Shown here in pieces: positions 1 to 9,600 of a stretch of 64,000 bases of DNA. The stretch lies in assembly GCA_018060545.1 (NCBI GenBank), contig JAGOVW010000003.1, forward strand, positions 343 to 64,342, given 5' to 3'. The stretch's first letter is position 1. Each line of letters opens with the position of its first letter. This DNA is from Minisyncoccota bacterium (lineage in GTDB: Bacteria > Patescibacteriota > Minisyncoccia > Phycocordibacterales > UBA2100). The position numbers and the translations under genes are program-made. The notes below the pieces were generated by a model that saw nothing but the letters and a program-made list of their open reading frames with translations, did not search any database and was not told where the DNA came from.

Positions 1-1266
1 ATCTTGTGTGCAGCTTATGTGTCCGCTAAACATTGGTGATGCGTTCACGTAGCAGCTATTTGAATTAAACTCTCCAGATGCATCGCATGACGTCTGCCCA
101 ACACCCGAACGATAGATGTTTGCAATTGCGGATGAAATTTCATTTCCTGCTGATGCGTTGACACAGCTATTGTTATCCACTGCAGTAAAGCGAACTTTGA
201 ATGGCCCTGTTGTGGCGTATGGAGTAAGGAGCGTGAGGTTACCTGATCCATCTGTATCTTCAAGGCTTATGAGTGCAGCCGAAAGCGAGGGCGTGACGTT
301 ACTGACGTCAAAAGATGAGTTAAATCCTTGGTACGTTGAAGTCGCCACCAGTCCATGGTTGTCGACGATGTACACGTACGCGTTGTAATTTCGATCCTGA
401 GTAGGAATAGTGATGGTGGTTGTTGTCGCAGGGTTGAAGCTCGCAATACTGGATGTTGCCCACGATCCGCCTGCACCACAGTAGGTTCCGTTAAAGTCGT
501 TGGATCGGCACACGTACAGACGAAGTGTGTCGGCAGTTCCAACCAGGTCTGTGTCTGTAGCAGTCGATGTCCACGTGACCGTATCACCGGGGTCAACTGG
601 ACCGTCATTTGCTACGAGGTAGAAGATGGGTGGGTGGTTAATTATGAATGGCGACGCGGTGGAGCCTGAACCCTGCTCAAATGTTGCGTTACAACGTGGC
701 AACCCTACGTTTCCGTCGCAAATCCATGCGTACCAATCATTACTCTCCGCATTGAATGGGAATGTTTCGATGGTTGTGGTCGCTGCAGTTGCACCTACAC
801 CACTCACGGTTGCCGCAGAAACGGCCCATTGGTTACCTATGCCACCGTTACATGACGGCGCAGCACCAGAGTTTGCAGTAGGGGCGCCACTCGTTTTGCA
901 GATCAGGAGGTAGTAGTTATCACTACTTGAGTCTGTACCGGTACCGGTAAAAGTGAGAGTCGTTCCTGCGTTAGTAGGCGTTGTTGCCGATGATTCGGTA
1001 CTTTCCTCTGCAACAACAGTCCATGTTGGTGGAGTGTTGAGCACAGTAACTGAGGTAGTTACATCGTCCGCACTCGCCTGTGGTACGTTCACTTCAAAAA
1101 ACACAAAGAAGCCGAGTGCGATAGCTGCGGAACTACCAACAATCGTGAGAAGCGTTATTTTGCCCGCGTTTGCATGGACATTATCAAAGCCACTAAACAT
1201 TGCTGCCCAGGCATCGGTGACTCTTTTCATAGTGTTTCTAACGTGAGACATAGTTACAGTCGTCAT
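1..1266 (-). CDS. Large secreted/surface protein, N-terminal 422 aa only; the gene continues beyond the window start. It has an N-terminal TM anchor, then Thr/Ser-rich Ig/FN3-like modules with Cys pairs.
   Basis: Hand translation of the minus strand (codon first positions congruent to 0 mod 3) gives an open frame from ATG 1266..1264 to position 1 with no stop; the upstream in-frame stop is at 1377..1375. The N-terminus reads MTTVTMSHVRNTMKRV..KITLLTIVGSSAAIALGFFVFF (TM helix). The frame is absent from the supplied track, presumably because it has no in-window stop. Confidence 0.6.
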   Translation of the reverse strand, partial: MTTVTMSHVRNTMKRVTDAWAAMFSGFDNVHANAGKITLLTIVGSSAAIALGFFVFFEVNVPQASADDVTTSVTVLNTPPTWTVVAEESTESSATTPTNAGTTLTFTGTGTDSSSDNYYLLICKTSGAPTANSGAAPSCNGGIGNQWAVSAATVSGVGATAATTTIETFPFNAESNDWYAWICDGNVGLPRCNATFEQGSGSTASPFIINHPPIFYLVANDGPVDPGDTVTWTSTATDTDLVGTADTLRLYVCRSNDFNGTYCGAGGSWATSSIASFNPATTTTITIPTQDRNYNAYVYIVDNHGLVATSTYQGFNSSFDVSNVTPSLSAALISLEDTDGSGNLTLLTPYATTGPFKVRFTAVDNNSCVNASAGNEISSAIANIYRSGVGQTSCDASGEFNSNSCYVNASPMFSGHISCTQD

Positions 1267-1427
1267 GGTAGCACCCACTCGTGGATTGTAGAGAAGCTGA
1301 TGTGGATAAGGAAAGGGAGCGAAGAGAACACTTATCCCTTTAGGGGAAAGGGATCGAAGCGAACACGTATCCTTTTAGGGGAAACATCGCAGCGAGCGTG
1401 GAGCGCCCGGGCACGTGAGGCGCAGTG

Positions 1428-2636
1428 CTATTTGTACCTAATAGCATCAAGAGGGTTAATCTTTGCAGCGCGACGTGCAGGAAAAAGACCGGTCAAGAGA
1501 CCTACGATGGCAGAGAACGCAGCGATGAAGAGGAGGAACCCGAGTGGGTAGCGGAAAATATGCACCGCTTCCCCACCGAAACGACTGGCCGCTGCGCCCA
1601 GCGCCCCGTTCGCCATAAAGCCTAACCCCACCCCAATTGAAATACCCACAACGCCCCCAAGAAATCCTACGATAAGTGCCTCAGTTACGAAGAGCACCAC
1701 AATGTCGCGTGATGACGCTCCAATGGTGCGCATAACTCCAATTTCTGCGGTACGTTCCAAAAGTGTTACGGTCATCGTATTGAACATGCCGATTGCAGAC
1801 ACGGTCAAAGCAATTCCTCCGAAGATAGCGAGTACAGCCTGAATACCCTGAAAGATTTTATTTGCCTGCTCAACTGTTTTCGATAGTGCAGTCACGGTGA
1901 ACCCTTTCTGTAGAATCGCATCCTGCACTGCTGTCAGAGACTCACTATCAATCACACGCACCTGCACGCGTTCATAGAATGGCGCCGAGAAGTGCGACGA
2001 GAATTCATCAAGTGGAATAATGGCGACGAGTGACGCTTCATCGCTACTTACTCCTTTTATTCGGTATTCCTTGGTGAGCGGCACCTCGGTACTGTCTTCA
2101 GTCCCCTCAATCGGCACGAACACACGAAAAGTCACCACCTTACCTAATGCCTCTACGGGATTCTCAACTCCAAAGAGTTTCAAGAGGGCTCCAGAGATAA
2201 TCACCGCATTGCGATCTTCCGCAGCTGTTTCATCTGTAAACAACTCGCCTTCGACTGCTTTCATACCCGTATAGAGAAAGTACGATGGGGCCATTCCCTG
2301 CAGAAAGGCATTTCCGGTCAAACCTTCGAAGGTGATGAGTGTCGGAAAACTCGCCATGGCGGCCACGTCTTTAACCAACTCATTTGCCCGGAATTCATCC
2401 AGTGTTGCCTGATTCAATACAACGATGTGCGACGGTGGGTTAGTGACGTTCAAGCTCAAGAGTGTCTCTCCAAACACGATACGCTCGAGAATAATCCCCT
2501 GCAAACCAAAGCCCAACCCCACCAGAGCGACAACCGCGCCCGTTCCCACACCCATACCTAGAATCGTGAGCCAGGTACGCGAAGGGTTCGTCTTGAACAT
2601 ACGCGTCGAGAGCATGGCAATGTCTTGAATACGCAT
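1428..2636 (-). CDS. ABC transporter permease, FtsX/MacB-like, 4 TM with a large extracytoplasmic domain
   Basis: 402-aa ORF with N-terminal and C-terminal TM helices and the MacB/FtsX permease architecture. It lies 4 nt downstream of the ABC ATPase gene. Confidence 0.8.
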   Translation of the reverse strand: MRIQDIAMLSTRMFKTNPSRTWLTILGMGVGTGAVVALVGLGFGLQGIILERIVFGETLLSLNVTNPPSHIVVLNQATLDEFRANELVKDVAAMASFPTLITFEGLTGNAFLQGMAPSYFLYTGMKAVEGELFTDETAAEDRNAVIISGALLKLFGVENPVEALGKVVTFRVFVPIEGTEDSTEVPLTKEYRIKGVSSDEASLVAIIPLDEFSSHFSAPFYERVQVRVIDSESLTAVQDAILQKGFTVTALSKTVEQANKIFQGIQAVLAIFGGIALTVSAIGMFNTMTVTLLERTAEIGVMRTIGASSRDIVVLFVTEALIVGFLGGVVGISIGVGLGFMANGALGAAASRFGGEAVHIFRYPLGFLLFIAAFSAIVGLLTGLFPARRAAKINPLDAIRYK

Positions 2637-2639
2637 AGG

Positions 2640-3986
2640 TTACGTGTGTGCGCCGAGGAGTTCGTTTGGCTGGATGACATAGCCACCCTGGGCGATGAGT
2701 TTTTCAAGATAGCGGGAAATCAGGTACGCCTGCGACTCTTTGAACTCAGTACCGCCACAATTCAATGGCAGCGTGAGACGCTCTTCAAAATCATCAGCAT
2801 TGATAATGCCTCCCACGCGCTCTTCAAGCGCTACGTGCAGAGCCTTCAATTGTTCTGGCGTTGCGGCTATGTTGAGCTCGAGCTTGATGTACTCAAGTAA
2901 GCGATCAATGAATTTTCTCTGGTGCATAAACAGGGTGTCGCCTTGCAGACCTTCGCGAAACCGCTGCACGTCACGAGAGTGTTCAAAGAGTGAGAACACG
3001 CTGCGTGTCACATCAAATGCCTTGTCGCGCTTGATCCCAACGCCCCCTGATTGCACCGGCTTTACCAAAAATTCTAGAAACATCGTATCGTCCATAGTCC
3101 CCTTTAGCACATCAAGAATCGCTTTCTCCAAGCGCTCGAGCTGAGAGAAACCTATAGCCTGCGTCGCGAAGTTCACCAAGCTCTTTACTTTCAATTCAAT
3201 GGGCTCTGCATATGGGTAGAGGCGCGCCAACTGTTCGATTTCTGTCACAATAGTTTCTCCTGGCTTCGTACGCTTTATCTGTACTTTCTCAGGATTCACG
3301 ACGATGCGGCGCACCACTCCATCACGCATGTAAATAACACGATGCGCATACGGTAGATACTTCGCATCGTGGGTCACCAAAATCACCGTCTTGCGGTCGG
3401 TCATATTGATTTCCTCGAATGAGTCCATCACGTGCTCGGCCGAAATACTATCGAGGTTTCCCACTGGCTCGTCCGCGAGAAGAATTTCAGGGTCGTTCAC
3501 GAGCGCACGCGCCACCGCCACACGCTGCTGCTGACCACCAGACATCATCGTTGGTCGCTTGTCCTCGAGGCGCTCGGGAATACCGAAGCGTCGCAAAAGG
3601 ACCCGCGCTCGCTCATTGCGCTCTTGCACCGGGCGACCCAGGAAAATGCGAGGCAGTGCCACATTATCGAGTACAGAAATTGAAGGAATCAGGTTGAATT
3701 GCTGGTATACAATCCCGATTGTTTGCTGCTGGTATCGGTTCATTTCAGCAGCCGAATACGCGTAGATATCTTCACCTTGCACAAATAGGTGCCCGCCGTC
3801 CGGAATAATACCGCCAAGAATGGTGTACAAGAGGGTTGATTTACCACAGCCCGACGGACCAAAGAGAATGATGTACTCGCGCGGATAGATCTCCACATTT
3901 ATGTTTTTCAGTGCATTGAACTCATTTGATTTCCCTTTGTTGTAGGTAATGAGCATGCTGTCAGCCTGTACTGCAATTTTGGACAT
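2640..3986 (-). CDS. ABC transporter ATP-binding protein (MacB/LolD/FtsE-type NBD) with an unusual ~215-aa C-terminal extension
   Basis: Walker A GPSGCGKST, ABC signature LSGGQQQRVAVARAL, Walker B ILLADEP and the H-loop VTHD are all present. A C-terminal helical domain of unknown function follows the NBD. Confidence 0.85.
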   Translation of the reverse strand: MSKIAVQADSMLITYNKGKSNEFNALKNINVEIYPREYIILFGPSGCGKSTLLYTILGGIIPDGGHLFVQGEDIYAYSAAEMNRYQQQTIGIVYQQFNLIPSISVLDNVALPRIFLGRPVQERNERARVLLRRFGIPERLEDKRPTMMSGGQQQRVAVARALVNDPEILLADEPVGNLDSISAEHVMDSFEEINMTDRKTVILVTHDAKYLPYAHRVIYMRDGVVRRIVVNPEKVQIKRTKPGETIVTEIEQLARLYPYAEPIELKVKSLVNFATQAIGFSQLERLEKAILDVLKGTMDDTMFLEFLVKPVQSGGVGIKRDKAFDVTRSVFSLFEHSRDVQRFREGLQGDTLFMHQRKFIDRLLEYIKLELNIAATPEQLKALHVALEERVGGIINADDFEERLTLPLNCGGTEFKESQAYLISRYLEKLIAQGGYVIQPNELLGAHT

Positions 3987-3987
3987 A

Positions 3988-5472
3988 TTATTGAGCGATA
4001 TTTTTGACCCATCCGAAGGTGCCTTCGAAGTTCTCCAAGATTATATCAATAATACTCTTCTCCTTTATCGGGGTTATGAGAACGTAGTCTTCAGATTGTG
4101 CTTCGTTCTTCGATTCGTCGAAACAGGTCATCCAGAATTTGTATACCGTCGCTGGTGCAAAGCCGACCACCACCTGCGTATGACTCGTGGTTGGGTTTGG
4201 TTCTGGCGGCAGTGATTCCCCACCACCATTCGCGTCGCGAATGAGTCCTTGAGTATAAAAGACTTGGCACGTTGCTGGCTCATCGGTCTCCCACGCAAGC
4301 AAGGTTTGTATTTTTGTATCTTCACCCGGGAAGAGGGTCGACTCGTTTTTCACTTTGGCAATTTGAGGAGCCAACACATCGCGCACCGTAACGAAGGTAA
4401 TAGGCGCACTTTTTGTTTCTTCTCCACCTTCATTCACCGCGGTAATAACCACTGAATAGCGTGTTCCGAACTCCAAGTCCGCAAGCTGCACCGCATGATT
4501 TGCTGCATACACAGGGTCACCAGCCGACTTCGTAGCTTTGTTACGCGTATTCGTAAACTCAACAACGCCCTTTGCCAAAACACCACCCGTATTCCAGCTC
4601 ACGACGGCGGAATGCTCTTGAATACGCGTGATTTTAACTCCTTGTACCAATGCCTTGAGGGCTCGTGTTTTAAAAGTATCATCAGCGGTTTCCCCGCGCA
4701 TACGATAGTCATCCTCTGATGAAATCTTAAAGTGGTACTCGGTTGAGGGATCGAGCCCGATGACGTTTACCACGTGCTTTTTGACACGCTCATTAGGATT
4801 TCCTTGTGCAATGCCATACGGCTCTGAAGCTGCAGGATCGTACTCGCCGTCAGGAGACAGGTACACCATCGAGCCTGATTCTCGATCCGTCACCCAGGTA
4901 AATGTAGCCTCGGTTGCATCAACAACTATCTTTGGTGCACCCACAATTGCAGGTGGTTTCAACACATCGCCTGCTATCTGATTTACCTTATCAACTATTG
5001 CAGTGAGCGCGCTTGGGTCGCGCACCTGGTCCAACTTTTCAATAATTTCTTCCGCCAACACTCTCTGGTCAGGATCTTTAATCGCCTCCACTTCGGGAGG
5101 CACTTCGTCGGTACTGCTTTTTGTCGTAAACACAAAACCCGCCGTCGTGCTCTTGTTCCCTTCTGGATCTGCGGACACAACTCTGAAGTAGTACGTGGTT
5201 GAAGGCTTGAGATTCTCGAGTGTGAGAGAGTGCTCTTTTTTATCAAAGAGTGGGTCGCGCGCCATACCCACATTTGTATCAAGTCCGTAGTTTATCGTTG
5301 CGTCCGTCGGAATGTCAGTTTTCCATTCAATCGTGGCGGTCTCCTCGGTGATTTCCGAGATTTTTACATTCGAAATTTCTGCAGCCTGGGCCAGCGGTGC
5401 CGCTCCCAGCATCCACACGCATAAAATCACCACCAAGCGGATGGAATACCAGGAACGATGTGCGGTGCGCAT
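3988..5472 (-). CDS. Secreted protein with multiple fibronectin type III-like domains
   Basis: Signal peptide (LVVILCVWMLGAAPLAQA) is followed by repeated ~90-aa modules with FN3-like motifs (TATIEWKTD..., YYFRVVSAD, YHFKISS). Its stop abuts the ABC ATPase start. Confidence 0.7.
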   Translation of the reverse strand: MRTAHRSWYSIRLVVILCVWMLGAAPLAQAAEISNVKISEITEETATIEWKTDIPTDATINYGLDTNVGMARDPLFDKKEHSLTLENLKPSTTYYFRVVSADPEGNKSTTAGFVFTTKSSTDEVPPEVEAIKDPDQRVLAEEIIEKLDQVRDPSALTAIVDKVNQIAGDVLKPPAIVGAPKIVVDATEATFTWVTDRESGSMVYLSPDGEYDPAASEPYGIAQGNPNERVKKHVVNVIGLDPSTEYHFKISSEDDYRMRGETADDTFKTRALKALVQGVKITRIQEHSAVVSWNTGGVLAKGVVEFTNTRNKATKSAGDPVYAANHAVQLADLEFGTRYSVVITAVNEGGEETKSAPITFVTVRDVLAPQIAKVKNESTLFPGEDTKIQTLLAWETDEPATCQVFYTQGLIRDANGGGESLPPEPNPTTSHTQVVVGFAPATVYKFWMTCFDESKNEAQSEDYVLITPIKEKSIIDIILENFEGTFGWVKNIAQ

Positions 5473-5551
5473 AAAAGACTCCGCGTACAGTGCGGTGATT
5501 CCATAGTATCAGCTTTACACTCTCCTTCTCTTTTTTGTGCACAGCGAAAAA

Positions 5552-5914
5552 TTATTCGCGTGAACGCATGATCCAGAAAAGAATTAAGAACGAACCCAAC
5601 ACAATGCACGCTATATCGAGCGAACTGAAGTAGTAGTAGGTTGAGGGGCGAGTGCACGACAGATAGTCCGCTGTATTTCCATCACAGAATTTGTCGCTTT
5701 CGAAACTAAAGACGCCGATGAGAACGAGCGCCGTCCCCAGAAAAAGCTCGATTTCTCTACTGAGTACCTCAATGAATTGAGAGAGTCGGTCGAGAAAACC
5801 GTTAAACAGGTGACTCACAATAAGCCCTCCGATGCGCATCGTGCGACCCACACCTCGTCGGTGCTCAGCTGCGTGCTTTTCTGTTGATTCAGTCATACGG
5901 GCACAGTATACCAT
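5552..5914 (-). CDS. Small integral membrane protein (hypothetical)
   Basis: 120-aa ORF with two hydrophobic segments, 16 nt downstream of the preceding gene in the same-strand array. Confidence 0.4.
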   Translation of the reverse strand: MVYCARMTESTEKHAAEHRRGVGRTMRIGGLIVSHLFNGFLDRLSQFIEVLSREIELFLGTALVLIGVFSFESDKFCDGNTADYLSCTRPSTYYYFSSLDIACIVLGSFLILFWIMRSRE

Positions 5915-5929
5915 CCAAATTGCACTGCA

Positions 5930-6574
5930 CTATTTGAGTGTTTCCAACGACTTCTGAATATCCAAGCTTACCTTTTCAAGTTCCACATAGAGATTTGAGC
6001 GGCGATCAAACTGCTCTTCAACGAGTGGTAGGTCACTATTGAGTGCTGCTACATGCGCCTCAGTGAGTGCCCCTCCGTCTTTCATGATTCGTTCAAAAAT
6101 CTGTGCGGTGTGGTAGTTGGCGCGATATGAAAGTCCACGTATGTCAGCAATCAAATCTGCTCGACGGGTCCCCAGTTGCACCACCTCACCGATACTAGTG
6201 AGCTCAGAAAGAGCCAGTGGTGAGGACTGTAGTGACGCCAGTGCTTCTGCGGCTGCCCCCTCTTTCTCACCTATCGCATCAATCTGGACCTCAAGTGTCT
6301 TAAGCAACCCCCTGCCCTGTTCTGACAGCTCATACCGCTCATCGTCGGTCATCGGACGCATCAATACATCAGCAAGAACATGGTCGAGCTCAATTCGTAT
6401 GGGGTTTTCAGACATGCCCACAAGAAATGCCGAATCTTCATGAGCCTCGCCTAAGGTCGCGTAAGACTCGAGCGCTACCACGTCGCGCGGCGCAAAGACA
6501 AACAAGTACAGTGCAATACCGATAGCGAGGACCACTAATCCAAACCCGGCAGCCAGTATCCATTCTTTCTTCAT
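5930..6574 (-). CDS. Membrane-anchored hypothetical protein
   Basis: 214-aa ORF with an N-terminal TM (ILAAGFGLVVLAIGIALYLFVFA) followed by a helical soluble domain. It lies 33 nt downstream of the giant gene stop. Confidence 0.5.
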   Translation of the reverse strand: MKKEWILAAGFGLVVLAIGIALYLFVFAPRDVVALESYATLGEAHEDSAFLVGMSENPIRIELDHVLADVLMRPMTDDERYELSEQGRGLLKTLEVQIDAIGEKEGAAAEALASLQSSPLALSELTSIGEVVQLGTRRADLIADIRGLSYRANYHTAQIFERIMKDGGALTEAHVAALNSDLPLVEEQFDRRSNLYVELEKVSLDIQKSLETLK

Positions 6575-6607
6575 ACGATAGTAATTGTTCTATATAATAG
6601 TGCGTCG

Positions 6608-9600
6608 CTAATCCGAGGTCGCAATGAATGTATTTGTCCCTTGGTGCAATTCGGCTTTTGTACCTGTTGGCACATTCAATCCCCAGTACACATCATCGGA
6701 ACTTGGTGACGTGGACGCGGTCGTCTTTGGAAGGTCCACTTCCACGTTTGTCGCAGAGCCAGTAAGGAATTGGCAGATTGCACATGCACCGTACGTGAAC
6801 GTACTCGTGGCAAATTTTTGTTCGCCAACCGCAATAGAGCCTTCAGAACCCGCCAAATCAGTGCCCGCGACCTGAATATCAATACTTGAGTTTCCTGTGT
6901 TGAGAATCGTGGTCTGTTCATTCACGCCTGCCGTATTGCTTCCCACTTCAAGAGACCCGAAGTCAATATCGGCAGTGTTCACGGCCAATCCGAAGACCGT
7001 AAGCACCTCAACTGGCACGGCTATCGTATCAAACACGCGCTCGCCACTCGAATCCTGGATAAATACCCGGGCGAGCCAGTTTTCAGAAGGATACGCGCTT
7101 GGTGCATCGGTCGCTTCCGCAAAGTACTGAAGGTCGGCGCGGCAGCTCAGCGTACACGAGTTGCCAGCACAGTTACTAAACGAGCACGAAGTTGATGCCA
7201 CCTGATAGCAATTATTCTCGTCGGCGCTACAGGTTACGCCAACACCAGAGCGGTAAATGGTCGTAGTCGCAAATAGCAAGTCCGCGTACCCATTCAAATC
7301 GGTCACTGTTCCTGTGGCGTAGACCGTCGTCGTAGCTCCTTCGGTCAGAGTAATGCTCAAGTCGTTATTGAGATTAAACCCTGCAATCTCAGGAGTATGC
7401 AGGAGCGCGACTTCTGCCACGCGGTCATAGTTATCAAGATCAAGGCCACCATCGGAGGTGCGGAAACAGTATGCTGGGTCGGTTGCATTTGCCGTCAACT
7501 CGAAGTTGTACTCAACTTCCGTTGCTGCGTTCGCAGCAATAGTGGTACTTGAGGTCTGATTCGATGGATCTTCAATCACTTTTCCTAGTGAATATGACAA
7601 GTTCGCAGGGTAGCTGAGAAGACCGGCGGTACCTGCTTGGTCGGTATATTCAGCGGTCGTCGTCATACATGCAGGCGAAGAACCACATCCACCTGACGTA
7701 GTTGGTACGTCATTATAGTTGACGTACGGCACCGACTCACAGTTCAAGGCCGACCCCTTCGCTGCGTATTGTAGTCGGAAATTCTGGCTGAATATTGCAG
7801 CTCCCGTATTTTGAACTGAGAAGCGTAGGCGCACATTTTCCCCGATACTCTGTGCCGAGAGCGCTGTATCTTCAGCTGCTTTCCAGGTAGCACCTCCACT
7901 CCCTTGTTCTGCGCCAAATATGTATGTCGGCTCAACCTGCGTATAAGTGCGTACGCTGTAGAAATCCCATCCACCGTGCTGACCCCAGAAGGAGAAGCCA
8001 ACACCACCTGATGTATGCGTACTATCTGTTGCTGTAGTTGATGCAAACTCTGCCCCCGTGTCGTCATAGACCGTCGCTACGATGGTATTTCCTACATGCC
8101 AATCGACGACCACTTCGTACCATCCCGTGCTGTACGAAACCGTTGTTGACGCAATATGAGTGCCACTACCATCGTTTGACGTTACGTTCTTTGCAAGAAC
8201 CAGGCGATCGGTTGGGTACTCATCCAAACATACCGCATAGTTCGACCCTGATCCTCCGACACCAAAGAGCGTACATGGCTCATCATCCTGCGTTGAATCA
8301 ACATACTGGAAGAAGCGAATGGTCTTTCCCTGTGCGGTGAGTGACCCGGTGCGGCGAATACCGCTCGTCGTTTGATCAGCTGAGTTTGCTCCTGCATCGA
8401 GCCCGTACACGTAGTTGTGATTGAAGGTGGTGTCCGTATCAAACAGTGTCGTGTCACCCGAGTATTCAGAAATGTTGTCGTCCTCGAAATCATCGAAGTA
8501 GTCGAATACTGCCGTGCCGTCATCAGCCCCTGCTACGCCACCATTGCCGTAGTACATATATATAGTAGCCGAACCATTTGCTGCGAGAGTCGGCAGCTCC
8601 ACCCACACCGTAGACGAGACCGAGGCGGACGATTCTTCGCGCCAGTAGTTCAATAGCGTCGTACCGTCATCACTCGTAAAGCGCAAATCGTCGAAATCGC
8701 TCTGCATATCAGCATCGTAGGCAACCTGTATCTCAACCGGGAAGTTTGTGAACGCGGTAGAGGTACCGTTGGTCACCGCAATCTTCTGTCGCTTGCTCCA
8801 TGATGCGGAGTACCATTCGCTATCGAGCGCTCCCTCGGTCCCATCGTCGTTGCGCCATCGGTAGTGCTCTTGGCTCACAAACAAACAGGTACTATCATCC
8901 CATCGAACAGCGCCACAAGAATCCCCACCATCACTATCAAACGCTTCCCCGTCGTAGTTGCCGAGATGGTTGCTAAAGTCCCACGCCGTGATCGGGGATC
9001 CTGTACGTGTCACGTTGTACCCCGTAGAAACGCCTGTTGATGTAGCAAAGCGCACCGAGTCTACCTGCTTACTGGCGTTCGCATCAATTGCGCTCCCTGC
9101 GAGCGTGAGCATGGTTCCACCATCGGTAGAGAGTTCGAAATCACCATTGCTGAGCGAGGTAACTGTTGGCGAACCGGTGATGTTAAGACCGTTCGCGTCT
9201 GTATTGCGTACCTGATAGTAGTTCATGTTGAGGGTGCCCCCCGAGACCGCCCACGTGTAGGTGCCCGTTGAGCCATAAATGGCGATTGTGGTAGATGCTC
9301 CCGCCACACCAACTGCTTGTAGGCCACCCGTTCCAGAGATGGTCACTGAGGAGCTGGTCGCCACCCGCACATCCACCTGGCGTGAACTACCACCGAGCGC
9401 AACACCATCGAAATCGGTTGCATAGCTCCAGTAGTCTGAACCGGTTGAGCGTGCGTACTCACCCCAGATGTAGAGGTCACCATCAACCGCAGCGTGATCT
9501 TGTGAGTAGAGTGAGCCGGTTGAGTTCACCGTGGTGGTACCTGCTGAAGTGTTCCAAGAACGTACATCTGTATTAGCGCCAATAAGGAGCGTGTTGTATA

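Noticed and set aside
116-1246. Four consecutive plus-strand ORFs (116..388, 355..669, 626..913, 953..1246) looking like a frameshifted gene
   Set aside because: They are antisense to a long open minus-strand frame (1..1266) that encodes a coherent TM-anchored surface protein. Their amino-acid composition (Cys/Arg/Trp-rich) is typical of antisense artefacts of T/S/G-rich genes.
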